Part shown: positions 35,916 to 46,178 of the stretch, piece by piece
How the letters are laid out: the number at the start of each line of letters is the position of its first letter
How positions within the stretch are numbered: the stretch's first letter is position 1
Origin: Gemmatimonadales bacterium
GTDB lineage: Bacteria > Gemmatimonadota > Gemmatimonadetes > Gemmatimonadales > GWC2-71-9
Assembly: GCA_036558125.1 (NCBI GenBank)
Contig: DATBGE010000082.1
Span: 5,781-69,780, forward strand
Length of the DNA stretch: 64,000 bases
Reading direction: 5' to 3'
Notes under the pieces: model-generated
What the model was told of the DNA's origin: nothing
Database searches by the model: none
Seen by the model: only the letters and a program-made list of their open reading frames with translations
Program-made: the position numbers and the translations under genes

Positions 35916-36061
35916 GAGTGCCTCGCAGTTTCGAAATGGGGCGGCGAGCGGAAGAGGATCGAGTCAAGGAATTGGCGTCGGAGCGCCGGTGCCCGGCCGT
36001 ATCCCGCGACGGCGGAGATAGTGGCATCAGAGAGAACGACCCACCCTGCCCGTAAGGCGGC

Positions 36062-36607
36062 TCACCCGTGGAACAGCAGCCGCACAGTCCACACCGCGAT
36101 GAGCATGGCGGCCGCGTCCGCGATGAGGCCAGCCGGCACCGCGTGGCGAGTCTTCCTGATACTTATCGCCCCGAAGTACACCGCGATCACGTAGAAGGTG
36201 GTCTCGCTGGACCCGTACATGACCGAGGCCATCTTCACGAAGATCGAGTCCTCGCCGTACTGATTGATCATGTCCACCACCAGCGCCGCCGAGCCGGAGC
36301 CCGAGAGCGAGCGAATGATGGCCATCGGCAGCAGCTCGGCTGGGAAGCCGATCAACCCGAGTACCGGATTGAGTGCCTTAGTCAGGGCCTCCATGGCGCC
36401 GCTGGCCCGGAACATCGCTATGGCGAAGAGGATCGCGACCAGGTAGGGGATGATGCGGACCGCGACCTGGAATCCCTCCTTGGCTCCCTCGACGAAGCTC
36501 TCGTAGACGGGCACCCGCTTGATGAGGCCGTACAGCGGAAAGCCGACCAGGATAAGCGGAAGGACGAAGTAGGAAAGCAGGCTGATGGCGTCGCGCATGG
36601 TTTCCAT
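36062..36607 (-). CDS. Nucleoside-recognition-domain membrane protein (SpmB-like)
   Basis: SpmB-like sequence (IIPYLVAILFAI..FRASGA), paired with a SpmA-like gene 6 nt upstream. Confidence 0.8.
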   Translation of the reverse strand: METMRDAISLLSYFVLPLILVGFPLYGLIKRVPVYESFVEGAKEGFQVAVRIIPYLVAILFAIAMFRASGAMEALTKALNPVLGLIGFPAELLPMAIIRSLSGSGSAALVVDMINQYGEDSIFVKMASVMYGSSETTFYVIAVYFGAISIRKTRHAVPAGLIADAAAMLIAVWTVRLLFHG

Positions 36608-36613
36608 GGTGGC

Positions 36614-37573
36614 TCAGGCTTTCCGGTTGGGATCGGACGCCCGGTACCCCGGCAGCCGGCCGAGCAACCTCGCGGCCACGATGGCGACGATCATCCCCAA
36701 CACCGAGGTGATCAGGATCGGGAAGATGAGCGTGTTGATCTGGGTGCCCATGAGGGCCAGCAGCAGGACCGGCGGGACGAGCTGAATGCCGGCCGTGTTG
36801 ATGGCCATGAGCATGACCATCGAGTTGGTGGCGGTATCCTCGGACGGGTTGAGCTTCTGCAACTCCTCCATGGCCTTGATGCCGAACGGTGTGGCGGCGT
36901 TGCCCAGCCCGAACAGGGTGGCGGTGAGATTGAGCGCGATCATGCCGAGTGCGGGATGATCGGCCGGGACTTCGGGGAACAGGGGCCGCAGGATCGGCCG
37001 AACCAGCTTCACCAGGGCGAAGACGATCCCCGAGTCCTCGGCGATCTTGAGCAGCCCGAGGAACAGGGACAACACTCCGACCAGGCCGAGGGCGATCTCC
37101 GCTCCCGTCTTTGCGAAGTCGAGTGCCGCGGAAGCGATCGCGTTCAATTTCACGAACTGGACCGGCTCGAATACGACAGCGGCATTCGTTCCGGGAGGAT
37201 TGAATTCCGACAGCAGGCCCTGCAGCTCGTCGTCGCGTGACTTGGAGACTTTCCCGATTGTGGCCAGCGGTTCGGGGAGCTTGGATCCGGCAGCGAAGCG
37301 GAGCTGGACTCCCTCCTTCGTCTGCACCAGGTAGCCAGGGTAGCTCGGCGCCGGAGCCTGGTCGGTCTGGTAAAAGCTCGCGTATTGATCCGGCGCGATC
37401 CGGATCTCCACCGGCACGCGCCGGGCAGCCGAGTCGTAGCCTTGGGGGAAGGCGAGCTCCACGGGGAGCGGTTGGCCGTTGCGGTACTTGTCCACGCTCA
37501 GGTCGCGGATGTCGTAGCCGAGGGCGAAGACGAGGCTCGAGATGATCAGGCCTGCCCAGATGTAGTTCAGCAT
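36614..37573 (-). CDS. Nucleoside-recognition-domain membrane protein (SpmA-like) with ~110-aa soluble insertion
   Basis: MLNYIWAGLII N-terminus and the block GLGNAATPFGIKAMEEL. A non-hydrophobic insert follows the first helix. Confidence 0.8.
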   Translation of the reverse strand: MLNYIWAGLIISSLVFALGYDIRDLSVDKYRNGQPLPVELAFPQGYDSAARRVPVEIRIAPDQYASFYQTDQAPAPSYPGYLVQTKEGVQLRFAAGSKLPEPLATIGKVSKSRDDELQGLLSEFNPPGTNAAVVFEPVQFVKLNAIASAALDFAKTGAEIALGLVGVLSLFLGLLKIAEDSGIVFALVKLVRPILRPLFPEVPADHPALGMIALNLTATLFGLGNAATPFGIKAMEELQKLNPSEDTATNSMVMLMAINTAGIQLVPPVLLLALMGTQINTLIFPILITSVLGMIVAIVAARLLGRLPGYRASDPNRKA

Positions 37574-38397
37574 CGACCAGCCGGGGTTGTAGTAGGGGTG
37601 TCGGTGAGCGCTTCCCGTTCCGCGATCAAGGTGAACAAAACAGGATCGCCGTGAGGCCTACGATACCGTCCGTCGCGGCCGCGCAAGAGTCCTAGGCAAA
37701 GCTCGGAGGAAATCGAGCCGTGCTCCTCAAGGGAACGGATACGGAGGCCGGCACGTTCAGCCGCAGCGACAACGGAGCGAACGGAATGCCGAAATTGCAC
37801 CTGGGGGCCGGTTCGGAGAGGCGTCGCGTAATCCCAGCCACGCTCAATCCATTGGCGATCGGTCAATTTGCCGGGTCTGATGAGGCGAGCAAGCCTTCGG
37901 AAAAGCGACGTCCTCGGAATACCGTCGATCAAGACCAGTTTGCCGCCCGGAGCGAGCGCGCCGGCTGCTGAGCGCATCCACGCCGAAAGGTCCGCGATCC
38001 AGCAGAGAATACCAATCGTGGCCCAGACGAGATCAAAAGAGCAAGCGAACGATTCGGGCAGTTCGACCACATCCGCGCAGACCCAATCGATCGAAACGCC
38101 GCAACGTGCAGCGAGCGCGCGAGCCTTCTCAAGAGCAACGTTCGAAAAATCGACTCCACTGACGCTCGCGCCCCGGCGGGCGAAGGTGATGGCGTCGAAA
38201 CCGAGATGACACTGAAGCTGGAGAACTCGTTTTCCTTCCAGGTCGGCGCCTACCGCGGCCGAAAGGGCTGCTTCTTCCTCAGGGATCAGGGAGTTCGCGC
38301 CGCCGCAGAGGGAAGCCGTGTCGTAGTAGGCGTCCTGGCCGTGAACCGCGGCAAGGAGATCCCAGCACTCACGATTCAGTTGATGATCCGCGAGCAA
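37567..38397 (-). CDS. Class I SAM-dependent methyltransferase
   Basis: Motif I-like VLQLQCHLGFDAITFARRGASVSGVDFS. Confidence 0.75.
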   Translation of the reverse strand: MLADHQLNRECWDLLAAVHGQDAYYDTASLCGGANSLIPEEEAALSAAVGADLEGKRVLQLQCHLGFDAITFARRGASVSGVDFSNVALEKARALAARCGVSIDWVCADVVELPESFACSFDLVWATIGILCWIADLSAWMRSAAGALAPGGKLVLIDGIPRTSLFRRLARLIRPGKLTDRQWIERGWDYATPLRTGPQVQFRHSVRSVVAAAERAGLRIRSLEEHGSISSELCLGLLRGRDGRYRRPHGDPVLFTLIAEREALTDTPTTTPAGRC

Positions 38398-38449
38398 GTG
38401 TCGAATGCATCCGGATGAGGTGCGTCCAACGAACTACCGACCCCGATGG

Positions 38450-39010
<561 letters not shown>

Positions 39011-39309
39011 GTAAGGGTAACTCGACGGTCTCCTTTGAGGCTGACTCCGGGCGCAACCAGCACGTTACGCACCTTCTCCAAACACAACGCCGTCCTCGGT
39101 TGCCATTCCAGTGACGGCGTTCCACTCAGTACTGGCTTCAACTGGTCGGATCCTCGAAAACATCTGGCAATGGATAGCGAATGGCAAGGACGGTGCTCAA
39201 GAGCGAGGGCTTGATGAATAGCGGAAGTGCTTGAGCGGGGGTGACGGTCGGGGCTTCGAAGCCCTCGAGTGCCAGAAGGAGAAGTGGCCACTGTGCTGTC
39301 TACCGGGCG

Positions 39310-39891
39310 TCAACGGAGGCCACAGCCGGTGGGCGGGTCCGGGTCAGGCACGTACGCTGGCATCCCGGGCGTGTATGGCTTCGACGGATCGACGCGGACG
39401 CCGTCCACGAACCAGCGCATGCCGTGCTCGTTCGTCACGTTGAGGCGCTTCCAGCCGTCCGCCAGGTGGACCCAGGTCTCGCGCTGCAGCACGCTGGTAT
39501 CGATTCGGTGCTGCCGGCCGTCGCGGAGTCGCTGGAGGCGCGAGAACTCCTGGCAGACGTCCGCCACCGACGTGTCACCGCGCTCCTCGAAGCCCCGGAT
39601 ATCATTGCGGACATGGATCACGGAGTCCACGGTAGCGGTCAATCGCCGGGTATAGGCTTCCATGGCGGCGTAGTCAAAGATCTTGGCGTTGGGGTTCGTC
39701 GAGGAGAAATCCGGCGCCTGGAGGGCCAGGATGCCATCGACATCCTTTCGTCGGATCGCCTCGGACAAGCGTTGGTACTGTGATTCAATCGCGGGCCGGG
39801 AGTCCTGGGCAAGAACCATTTTCGGCGGGGTCGCAGGCATGCCACCGAGGCTCATTGCCAACGAAAGGTGTCGGAACCGTAGCGCTGTCAT
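39310..39891 (-). CDS. NTF2-like (SnoaL/DUF4440-type) secreted protein
   Basis: Start at MTALRF (39891). The block IESQYQRLSEAIRRKDVDGILAL..PDF is typical of the NTF2-like fold. Confidence 0.55.
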   Translation of the reverse strand: MTALRFRHLSLAMSLGGMPATPPKMVLAQDSRPAIESQYQRLSEAIRRKDVDGILALQAPDFSSTNPNAKIFDYAAMEAYTRRLTATVDSVIHVRNDIRGFEERGDTSVADVCQEFSRLQRLRDGRQHRIDTSVLQRETWVHLADGWKRLNVTNEHGMRWFVDGVRVDPSKPYTPGMPAYVPDPDPPTGCGLR

Positions 39892-40087
39892 CTGGCCTCC
39901 TGGGTTGGGCGCCCAGATGCGACAACGCCAGCCGGCGGAGGGTTGCGCGATGTGACGTGCCGCCGAACGACCCCATGCGGCGGTCCCTAGCCCCGTCCGA
40001 TACTCCACGACACCAGAAGTGCGTTCTCCGCAACCAGCTTCGCGTAGAGCGGGTAGGCCGTAGCTTGATTCAAGTGGCCTCCTTCGG

Positions 40088-40170
40088 AGCCAACGCCCCG
40101 CGCTTCACCTGCAGGCGACGAGCGTGCCAGCTCGCCGTCGTCCAACCTACTTGCGGAGAGGCGAATGGAT
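40088..40170 (+). repeat. Conserved intergenic repeat, copy R1
   Basis: AGCCAACGCCCCGCGCTTCACCTGCAGGCGACGAG, followed by an imperfect dyad (GGCGACGAGC / GCTCGCCGTCGTCC) and GAATGGATTGG. Confidence 0.8.
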
Positions 40171-40227
40171 TGGCGGCTCCGTCGGAGTGGGACCAACGGC
40201 CATGGCGCCCCAGCACAAGAGGATTTC

Positions 40228-40755
40228 TCATTTTTGGCAGACGATGAGCATCTCCACGCTGACCTTGGTCCCCTTGGTCGCCGTTCCCTGGACCTTGAGG
40301 GAGTCGATGCCACCGGCCGTCGTGATGCGGGTCGCGGTTCCCGGCTCGCCATATTGGGGCTGATTGGCCCGAACCACGTAGAGCGGCGGAGTTCCCGTCT
40401 GCCCTATCCGGATCCCGACGGCGAGGTAGAAGCTGTGGCCGGTGGTGCCGCTCTTCAACGTGTCGGCATCGAAGTTCACTGAGGTCACGGCGATCGTAGC
40501 CGTGTCGTCGGGAAAAATGATGGCGAACGAATTGAGCCGGTGGGGATAGCCATAATCCGCGAGGCCACACTTGGTCGAGATGCCCGAAGCAGAGTAGGTC
40601 CCATTGTAGAGAGCATCGGCGTCCTTGGAGATTTTCACGACCACGCTGGTCGGCCGAAGCAGCGTGCTGTCGGACTTCTGCGCATGGGCTGGCTCGACCA
40701 GGCTGGGGAGTGCCGAGGCAATGAACAACGCGATGGCGGGAAACGAAGAGCGCAT
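40228..40755 (-). CDS. Secreted hypothetical protein
   Basis: Signal peptide MRSSFPAIALFIASALPSLVEPAHA and beta-rich composition. Confidence 0.55.
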   Translation of the reverse strand: MRSSFPAIALFIASALPSLVEPAHAQKSDSTLLRPTSVVVKISKDADALYNGTYSASGISTKCGLADYGYPHRLNSFAIIFPDDTATIAVTSVNFDADTLKSGTTGHSFYLAVGIRIGQTGTPPLYVVRANQPQYGEPGTATRITTAGGIDSLKVQGTATKGTKVSVEMLIVCQK

Positions 40756-40821
40756 GTGAACCGATCAGGGGGACCACACAAACCTAGGTTCCGCATCCCC
40801 GCGCGGCAAAGCGGCGTGCCT

Positions 40822-41592
40822 TCAGTGGGAGAGGATCAGCGGCAGCCTCGGGCGTAGATCCCAGATCTGCCCTCGGACCCCGTCATCGAACTCCACCTCC
40901 AGGAACGCCGTGGGCGAGTCGGCAAACCGCACCCGACGGAGGTCGAGGCGTGCGCTCGCCGGATACTGGCCCAGGGCCGTGTGGACGATTACTCGGGTCA
41001 TGCGGTGGAATCCGGCCGGGTGAGCGAACTGCTCCGGCTCGCGGCGCCGGAACCGGTCGAGCCAGGTGGTAACCGCCCGATCGTCGGGCATGATAAAGAC
41101 GTCGGGTGCAAGCGACTCTGCCGGCTGACGCAGCAGCACGTAGGCAGCGGGCGGTTGAGTGTCGGGTATGGTATCAAGGCGGAAGGGGATCCCAAGGTCG
41201 GCGAGACTGCCCGCCTGGAAGTGCAGGCCGATCCCGAAGGGGCTGGCGCCGGTTTCGCGCCAGGACGCCGCTCGGCGGAAGTCCGTGAGATCGCGTTGGT
41301 GGGCCGAGTCGACCGTCACGCTCGAATCGACCCAGAGCAGTTCGAGATAGGCATTCTCGAAGAAGGCCGCGATGGAAGTAGTACCCTCCCCGTCATGGCG
41401 TACGGTTTCGGTGTCGATGTGAATGCCGGCCTGGCGGAGAGCCTGGATCGCCGCCGCGGCGCCCGCCGGGACAACGAGGTAGGCGTGGTCGAGCTCGAGC
41501 ACGGCCTGTTGAGCCACGGCTGGTGTGGATGGCGCCGCAGCGACGGTGAGGAGGCCAGTCAGGGGGAGGAGGTGCCTGATATGCGATGCCAT
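40822..41592 (-). CDS. Secreted glyoxalase-like (VOC-fold) protein
   Basis: Start at MASHIRH (41592), a signal peptide, and the block LDHAYLVV...FFENAYLELLWV, which resembles a Glyoxalase_3-type domain. Confidence 0.55.
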   Translation of the reverse strand: MASHIRHLLPLTGLLTVAAAPSTPAVAQQAVLELDHAYLVVPAGAAAAIQALRQAGIHIDTETVRHDGEGTTSIAAFFENAYLELLWVDSSVTVDSAHQRDLTDFRRAASWRETGASPFGIGLHFQAGSLADLGIPFRLDTIPDTQPPAAYVLLRQPAESLAPDVFIMPDDRAVTTWLDRFRRREPEQFAHPAGFHRMTRVIVHTALGQYPASARLDLRRVRFADSPTAFLEVEFDDGVRGQIWDLRPRLPLILSH

Positions 41593-41666
41593 GAAGCGTC
41601 GAGCCCGAACGTTTCTTTCCCCCACCTCCAGGTGGAGCTATGGCCGCCTGGGAAGAAAGGCGCCAT

Positions 41667-42083
41667 CTACCCGTAGCGCCGCCTTGCCTCAGCGATCGAA
41701 CCGACGACGAGTTGCTCGAGCACCGACTTGTCGAGGTCGGCGAGTTGTTTGAAGTAGAGGCAGGACTTGCCCATCTTGTGCTTGCCAAGCTTGGCCAACA
41801 AGGCCTTCTGTCTGCCGGCTTCGGCGTCCAGATAGACGACCAGGTCGCGGCCACGGACAGCGAAGCCCGCCAGAGGAGCCTCCCCTGTATGTCCACTCTC
41901 GTAGGTGTACCGGTAGGAGCCATAACCGACGATGCTGGGTCCCCACATTCTTGGTGACTGCCGGGTGATCTGCTGAAACAGAACCATCAACTCCCGGCAG
42001 TCGGCGCGTTGCTGCGCGTTGGCTCTGGAGGCGATGTACTCCTCGACGCTGGCGCCGGTGAACTTGGTCTTGTTTTGGGCCAT
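41667..42083 (-). CDS. DUF1801 (YdhG-like) domain protein
   Basis: MAQNKTKFTGASVEEYI...GKSCLYFKQLADLD is typical of DUF1801. Confidence 0.8.
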   Translation of the reverse strand: MAQNKTKFTGASVEEYIASRANAQQRADCRELMVLFQQITRQSPRMWGPSIVGYGSYRYTYESGHTGEAPLAGFAVRGRDLVVYLDAEAGRQKALLAKLGKHKMGKSCLYFKQLADLDKSVLEQLVVGSIAEARRRYG

Positions 42084-42112
42084 ATCAGATAGTCCGTGAT
42101 TGCCGGGTCCCG

Positions 42113-42236
42113 GCGCCTAAGGCCCGCGCTCACCCCTGCGGGCGACGAGTGGAGGAGTCAACAACTGGATCGCTTCCTTGAACATATAGCGTCCGACTGC
42201 CCTCGTCGCCTCGCTCCTGGGCGTGAGGCTAAGGCA
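42113..42236 (+). repeat. Conserved intergenic repeat, copy R2 (with the clearest long imperfect dyad)
   Basis: GCGCCTAAGGCCCGCGCTCACCCCTGCGGGCGACGAG-TGGAG-GAGTCAACAACTGGAT. The distal arm CTCGTCGCC...GCGTGAGGCTAAGGC pairs back to the GGCGACGAG, CTCAC and GCCTAAG elements. Confidence 0.8.
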
Positions 42237-42357
42237 TTGACCTCGATTTGTTTACGGCTTTCTCGCCAGTTCTGTCGATTTTGAGCGGTCTCGTTCGACG
42301 TGTAAGTGAGGTCGCGAACGCCGCCGCAACCATCCCAACCGAGTTCAGGAGAGCACA

Positions 42358-42759
42358 ATGCGTTTCATCGTCATGGGCATAATGAAGAAGGAGCCGGAAC
42401 CAGGCGTTCCGCCGAAGCCCGAAGCGTTCGCCGCGATGCAGAAGTACAACGAAGAGGCCGTGAAGGCGGGTGTCCTCCTCGCGGCCGAGGGTCTCGCGCC
42501 CCTCTCGAAGGGTGCGCGCGTGAAGTTCAGCGACGGCCAGCCCACCGTCATCGACGGTCCATTCACCGAGGCGAAAGAGCTCGTTGCGGGTTTCTCGATC
42601 ATTCAGGTGAAGTCGCTGGACGAAGCGATCGAGTGGGTGAAGCGCGCTCCAATAGTCGCTCCAAACGGCGAGGTCGAGATCCGCAAGCTGATGGATGTCG
42701 AGGATTTCGGTGAGGGGTTCACCCCGAACCAGGAAATCGCCAAAGTGAAATACAAGTGA
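42358..42759 (+). CDS. YciI-family protein
   Basis: The block VIDGPFTEAKELVAGFSIIQVKSLDEAIEWVKRAP is typical of the YCII/DGPF fold. Confidence 0.85.
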   Translation: MRFIVMGIMKKEPEPGVPPKPEAFAAMQKYNEEAVKAGVLLAAEGLAPLSKGARVKFSDGQPTVIDGPFTEAKELVAGFSIIQVKSLDEAIEWVKRAPIVAPNGEVEIRKLMDVEDFGEGFTPNQEIAKVKYK

Positions 42760-43934
42760 GTGGGCCCGTGCACAGGCCACTGCTGCGCGTTGCTCTCCTC
42801 GCCCTTTCGATTGCGGCGCCGAACGCCTTCGCGCAGACCACCACCGCCGCATCGCCATCGCCGGACTACGGGAACCCTTCAGTCTGGCTCTGTCGCCCCG
42901 ACCGGCTCGCGGCCTGCGACGTGGATCTTTCCACCACGGTGATCGGCCGAGACGGGCGCTCGACCGTCGAGCGCGCACGGCTGGATCCAAAGGCGCCGGT
43001 GGATTGTTTCTACGTCTATCCCTCGGTGTCGACGGATACGACGGATTTCAGTGATCTCGTACCCGACGCCGCCGAGCGCACCGTGGTACGACTGCAGCTG
43101 GCGCGGTTCGGCATACGGTGTCGGCTGTTCGCGCCAATGTACCGGCAAGTCACGCTCGCCGCACTAGGTCGTGCCAACGCCGCCGGCATTGCGTCGCCCA
43201 ACTTCCTCGGTATCGGATACGAGGACGTCCGCGCCGCGTGGCACTACTACCTCGCGCACGACAATGGCAACCGTGGAGTCGTGCTGATCGGACATTCCCA
43301 GGGCACCAGCATTCTGACCGAGTTGATCCGCCGCGAGATCGAGGGCACGCCGGTGCAGTCACGCATCGTCTCCGCGTTGCTCATCGGCGCGCCGGGTGGC
43401 ATCCTCGTTCCCCGCGGGAAGGACGTGGGCGGAACGTTCGCGCACATGCCGCTCTGTCGCGCGACTACGCAGACCGGCTGCGTCGTAGCGTATTCATCAT
43501 TTCGCGCCAGTGCACTCCCCGCGGCGAGGACGCCTTTCGGGCCGTCCGACTCGACGGTAGTCGCGGCGTGCACCAATCCCGCAGCGCTTGGCGGCGGTGA
43601 GGCCGCCCTCAACGGTTATTTCGACGCGAGCGGAGGGACGGCCCTGGCGATGGGGCCCACCGAACCGTGGACCGCTGGCGGACAACCGATTGCAACGCCC
43701 ATGGTGCGTGTCGTAGATCTGTTGAAGGGGCGGTGCGCGACCAACGCCTTCGCCACCTATCTCGAGGTAACTGTACAGCGAGAGCCTGGCAGCCCGGCGA
43801 GCCGAGACATTCAAGGGGACTTGGCGGAGGGGCTTGGCCTGCATCTCGTCGATCTGGAAGTGGCCATGGGCAATCTGGTCGATCTCGTCGGCCAACAAAG
43901 CAGGAGCTATCTCGCCAGTACCCGCCGACCCTAA
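42756..43934 (+). CDS. DUF3089-like secreted alpha/beta hydrolase
   Basis: GTGA overlap with the yciI-like stop, a signal peptide, and a nucleophile elbow LIGHSQGT. Confidence 0.75.
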   Translation: MSGPVHRPLLRVALLALSIAAPNAFAQTTTAASPSPDYGNPSVWLCRPDRLAACDVDLSTTVIGRDGRSTVERARLDPKAPVDCFYVYPSVSTDTTDFSDLVPDAAERTVVRLQLARFGIRCRLFAPMYRQVTLAALGRANAAGIASPNFLGIGYEDVRAAWHYYLAHDNGNRGVVLIGHSQGTSILTELIRREIEGTPVQSRIVSALLIGAPGGILVPRGKDVGGTFAHMPLCRATTQTGCVVAYSSFRASALPAARTPFGPSDSTVVAACTNPAALGGGEAALNGYFDASGGTALAMGPTEPWTAGGQPIATPMVRVVDLLKGRCATNAFATYLEVTVQREPGSPASRDIQGDLAEGLGLHLVDLEVAMGNLVDLVGQQSRSYLASTRRP

Positions 43935-44005
43935 CAGATACAGCAATCGAGTGCTGTTCGGTGTTGGAGCCGAGCAGCCAGGACATCGAACGTGTGGAGA
44001 CTCAA

Positions 44006-44590
44006 ATGAGAAAGATCAGGATCGCGGAGCACATCTCGCTGGACGGCGTGATCCAGCCGGGCGGACCGAACGAAAACAGCGAATACTCGCATGGCGGGTG
44101 GACGGCGCCGTATCGAACTCCGGAAGGGGCCGCCGCCGCCGCTGAGGCATACGGCAGTGGCTTCGATCTGCTGCTTGGCCGCCGCACCTACGATCTCTGG
44201 TCCAGTTTCTGGCCGAAGATGAAGGGCGGTCCGTTCGCGGACAATCTGAACGCCGCGACCAAGTATGTCGCAACTCACAGGCCGGATGGCCTCGAATGGG
44301 GTCCGGTCGGCGACCTGGGCGCGGATGTCATGGAGGGTGTTCGCCGCCTCAAGTCACAGGACGGCCCTGACCTGGTGGTCTGTGGAAGTGCGTCGCTGAC
44401 GTCCGTGCTGCTCGAGAAGGGATTGGTCGACGAGGTTGTGCTGGCGGTGTATCCCCTCTTGCTGGGCCGAGGTAAACGCTGCTTTCCGGACGGGGCTGAC
44501 GCGCCGGAATTCGCTCTCGTCAGCACGAAGTCCACGCCGACAGGCGTGCTGCTCAACACTTATCGACACGTTGGATCGAAGCGAACCTAG
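44006..44590 (+). CDS. Dihydrofolate-reductase-family protein (RibD C-terminal domain), second paralog
   Basis: MRKIRIAEHISLDGV...LLLGRRTYD...VLAVYPLLLGRG. Start at the ATG at 44006, inside the longer tracked ORF. Confidence 0.8.
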   Translation: MRKIRIAEHISLDGVIQPGGPNENSEYSHGGWTAPYRTPEGAAAAAEAYGSGFDLLLGRRTYDLWSSFWPKMKGGPFADNLNAATKYVATHRPDGLEWGPVGDLGADVMEGVRRLKSQDGPDLVVCGSASLTSVLLEKGLVDEVVLAVYPLLLGRGKRCFPDGADAPEFALVSTKSTPTGVLLNTYRHVGSKRT

Positions 44591-44644
44591 TCTTCCAGGT
44601 CGTTTTGTGAAACCGATCGGGCCGCGCCCTGGTGATGGTGCGCT

Positions 44645-44700
44645 GCCCAACGCCCCGCGCTTCACCTGCGGGGGATGAGTGTTCGAGTCAACGGCTGGAT
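44645..44700 (+). repeat. Conserved intergenic repeat, copy R3
   Basis: GCCCAACGCCCCGCGCTTCACCTGCGGGGGATGAG-TGTTC-GAGTCAACGGCTGGAT. It begins with a perfect RYYYAAC heptamer (GCCCAAC). Confidence 0.8.
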
Positions 44701-44980
44701 GGCACTCGCGGCATCGTCGGGAACAGCTGGCACCTGGCTTCCTGCCCTATCGAGGGAATCGGGTAACCCGACGTCTTTATCGTCACGAATGGCGTCCCCT
44801 CGGCGTTACCTGCTTCCTGCGTCGTGAGAAAGTGGCCACACGACATATCCAACGCGCACATCACGAAATCGGCCAGGATCTGGTGGGCGGTGGGTATGAA
44901 TGTCAGCAGCGGCTGATGTACGCAGGAACTGTACGACAGTGGGACTCACGGGCTGAGCGTCAAGCTAGCTGCGTGCAGGC

Positions 44981-46147
44981 TCATAAGCCGGCGAAGAACG
45001 CTGCGATGTCGCGGGCGAGCAACTCGGGCTCTTCGACTGGGGCGAAGTGCCCGCCGCTCGGCATCGGGGTCCACCGGCGCACGTTGTACAGGCGTTCGAC
45101 CCACTCACGGGGAGGCTGTCCCTCATCGATAAAATTGCTGGCGAATACGGCAATGCCAGTCGGCACGTTGACGAAGTCCTGTGGTCCGAGCGTGACTCGG
45201 AACCGCCGGTTGTCGTTGTCGAAGTAATCCCGCATCGAGGATGTGATCGTCTGCGTCACCCAATAGAGCGTGACCGTGGTCAACAAGAAATCGCGGGCGA
45301 GGCGCTGATCGAGATCACCACGGGAATCGGCCCAGGAGCGCCATTTCTCGAGGATCCACGCGGCGAGCCCAGCCGGCGAGTCGTTCAGCCCGTATCCGAG
45401 CGTCTGGGGCTTCGTGGATTGGATGGCCTTGTAACCATATTCTTCTTGCCAGAATGCCTCATTGCGCTCGCGGTAGGTTTTCTCCGCGGCAGATAGTGGC
45501 CGGGCCCCGGTTCCAGTGTAAGGAGCGATCTCCAGATTGCTCAGGTGGACACCAATCATTGGCTGCGGATTGGTCAACGCCATGAAAGTGGCAACTCCGG
45601 CTCCGAAATCCCCGCCTTGAGCCCCATAGCGCTCGTAGCCCAACCCGCGCATGAGGCGGTGCCAGAGCCCCGCCACGTGCTGGTAGTTCACGCCCAGCCG
45701 GGCTGGCCGCTCGGAAAACCCGTAACCAGGCAGGGAAGGAATAACGACGTCAAAGGCGGGACCGTCGATGCCGTGGGCGCCTGGGTCGGTCAGGAATGGC
45801 ACGAGCGGCAGCAACTCGACGAATGTGCTGGGCCAGCCATGGGTCAGGATCAGCGGAATGCCGTGCCCCTGTCTGGCCCGCTCATGGACGAAGTGGATAC
45901 GGACGCCGTCGAGGTCGGCGCGGAACTGGCGGGCCGCGTTCAGCCGGTGCTCTTGTGCGCGCCAATCGAAGTCGCCGGCCCAATACGCAAGCAGCTGTTT
46001 GAGGTACTCGAGGTCGGTCCCCTGCTCCCAGGCGGCGCCCGGCGCCGGATCGGGCCAGCGCGTGTTGCGGATACGCGCTCGCAGGTCGGACAGTATCTCT
46101 TCCTCGATCCGGATCGAGAACGGCGTGATATGCAGGGGTGAGCTCAT
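44981..46147 (-). CDS. Epoxide hydrolase (alpha/beta hydrolase with EH N-terminal domain)
   Basis: The N-terminal block I..F.I.I.EE.L.DL..R....RWPD, the oxyanion motif HGWP, and the nucleophile region GGDFGAGV. Confidence 0.85.
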   Translation of the reverse strand: MSSPLHITPFSIRIEEEILSDLRARIRNTRWPDPAPGAAWEQGTDLEYLKQLLAYWAGDFDWRAQEHRLNAARQFRADLDGVRIHFVHERARQGHGIPLILTHGWPSTFVELLPLVPFLTDPGAHGIDGPAFDVVIPSLPGYGFSERPARLGVNYQHVAGLWHRLMRGLGYERYGAQGGDFGAGVATFMALTNPQPMIGVHLSNLEIAPYTGTGARPLSAAEKTYRERNEAFWQEEYGYKAIQSTKPQTLGYGLNDSPAGLAAWILEKWRSWADSRGDLDQRLARDFLLTTVTLYWVTQTITSSMRDYFDNDNRRFRVTLGPQDFVNVPTGIAVFASNFIDEGQPPREWVERLYNVRRWTPMPSGGHFAPVEEPELLARDIAAFFAGL

Positions 46148-46178
46148 CGTGGATCTTGCCCTAACATTCTTACCTGCC

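Noticed and set aside
41593-41666. Palindrome CCACCTCCAGGTGG between the VOC-like and DUF1801 genes, considered as a terminator or a degenerate island repeat.
   Set aside because: The loop is too short for a hairpin, there is no U-tract, and there is no similarity to the conserved repeat core. It is left unassigned.
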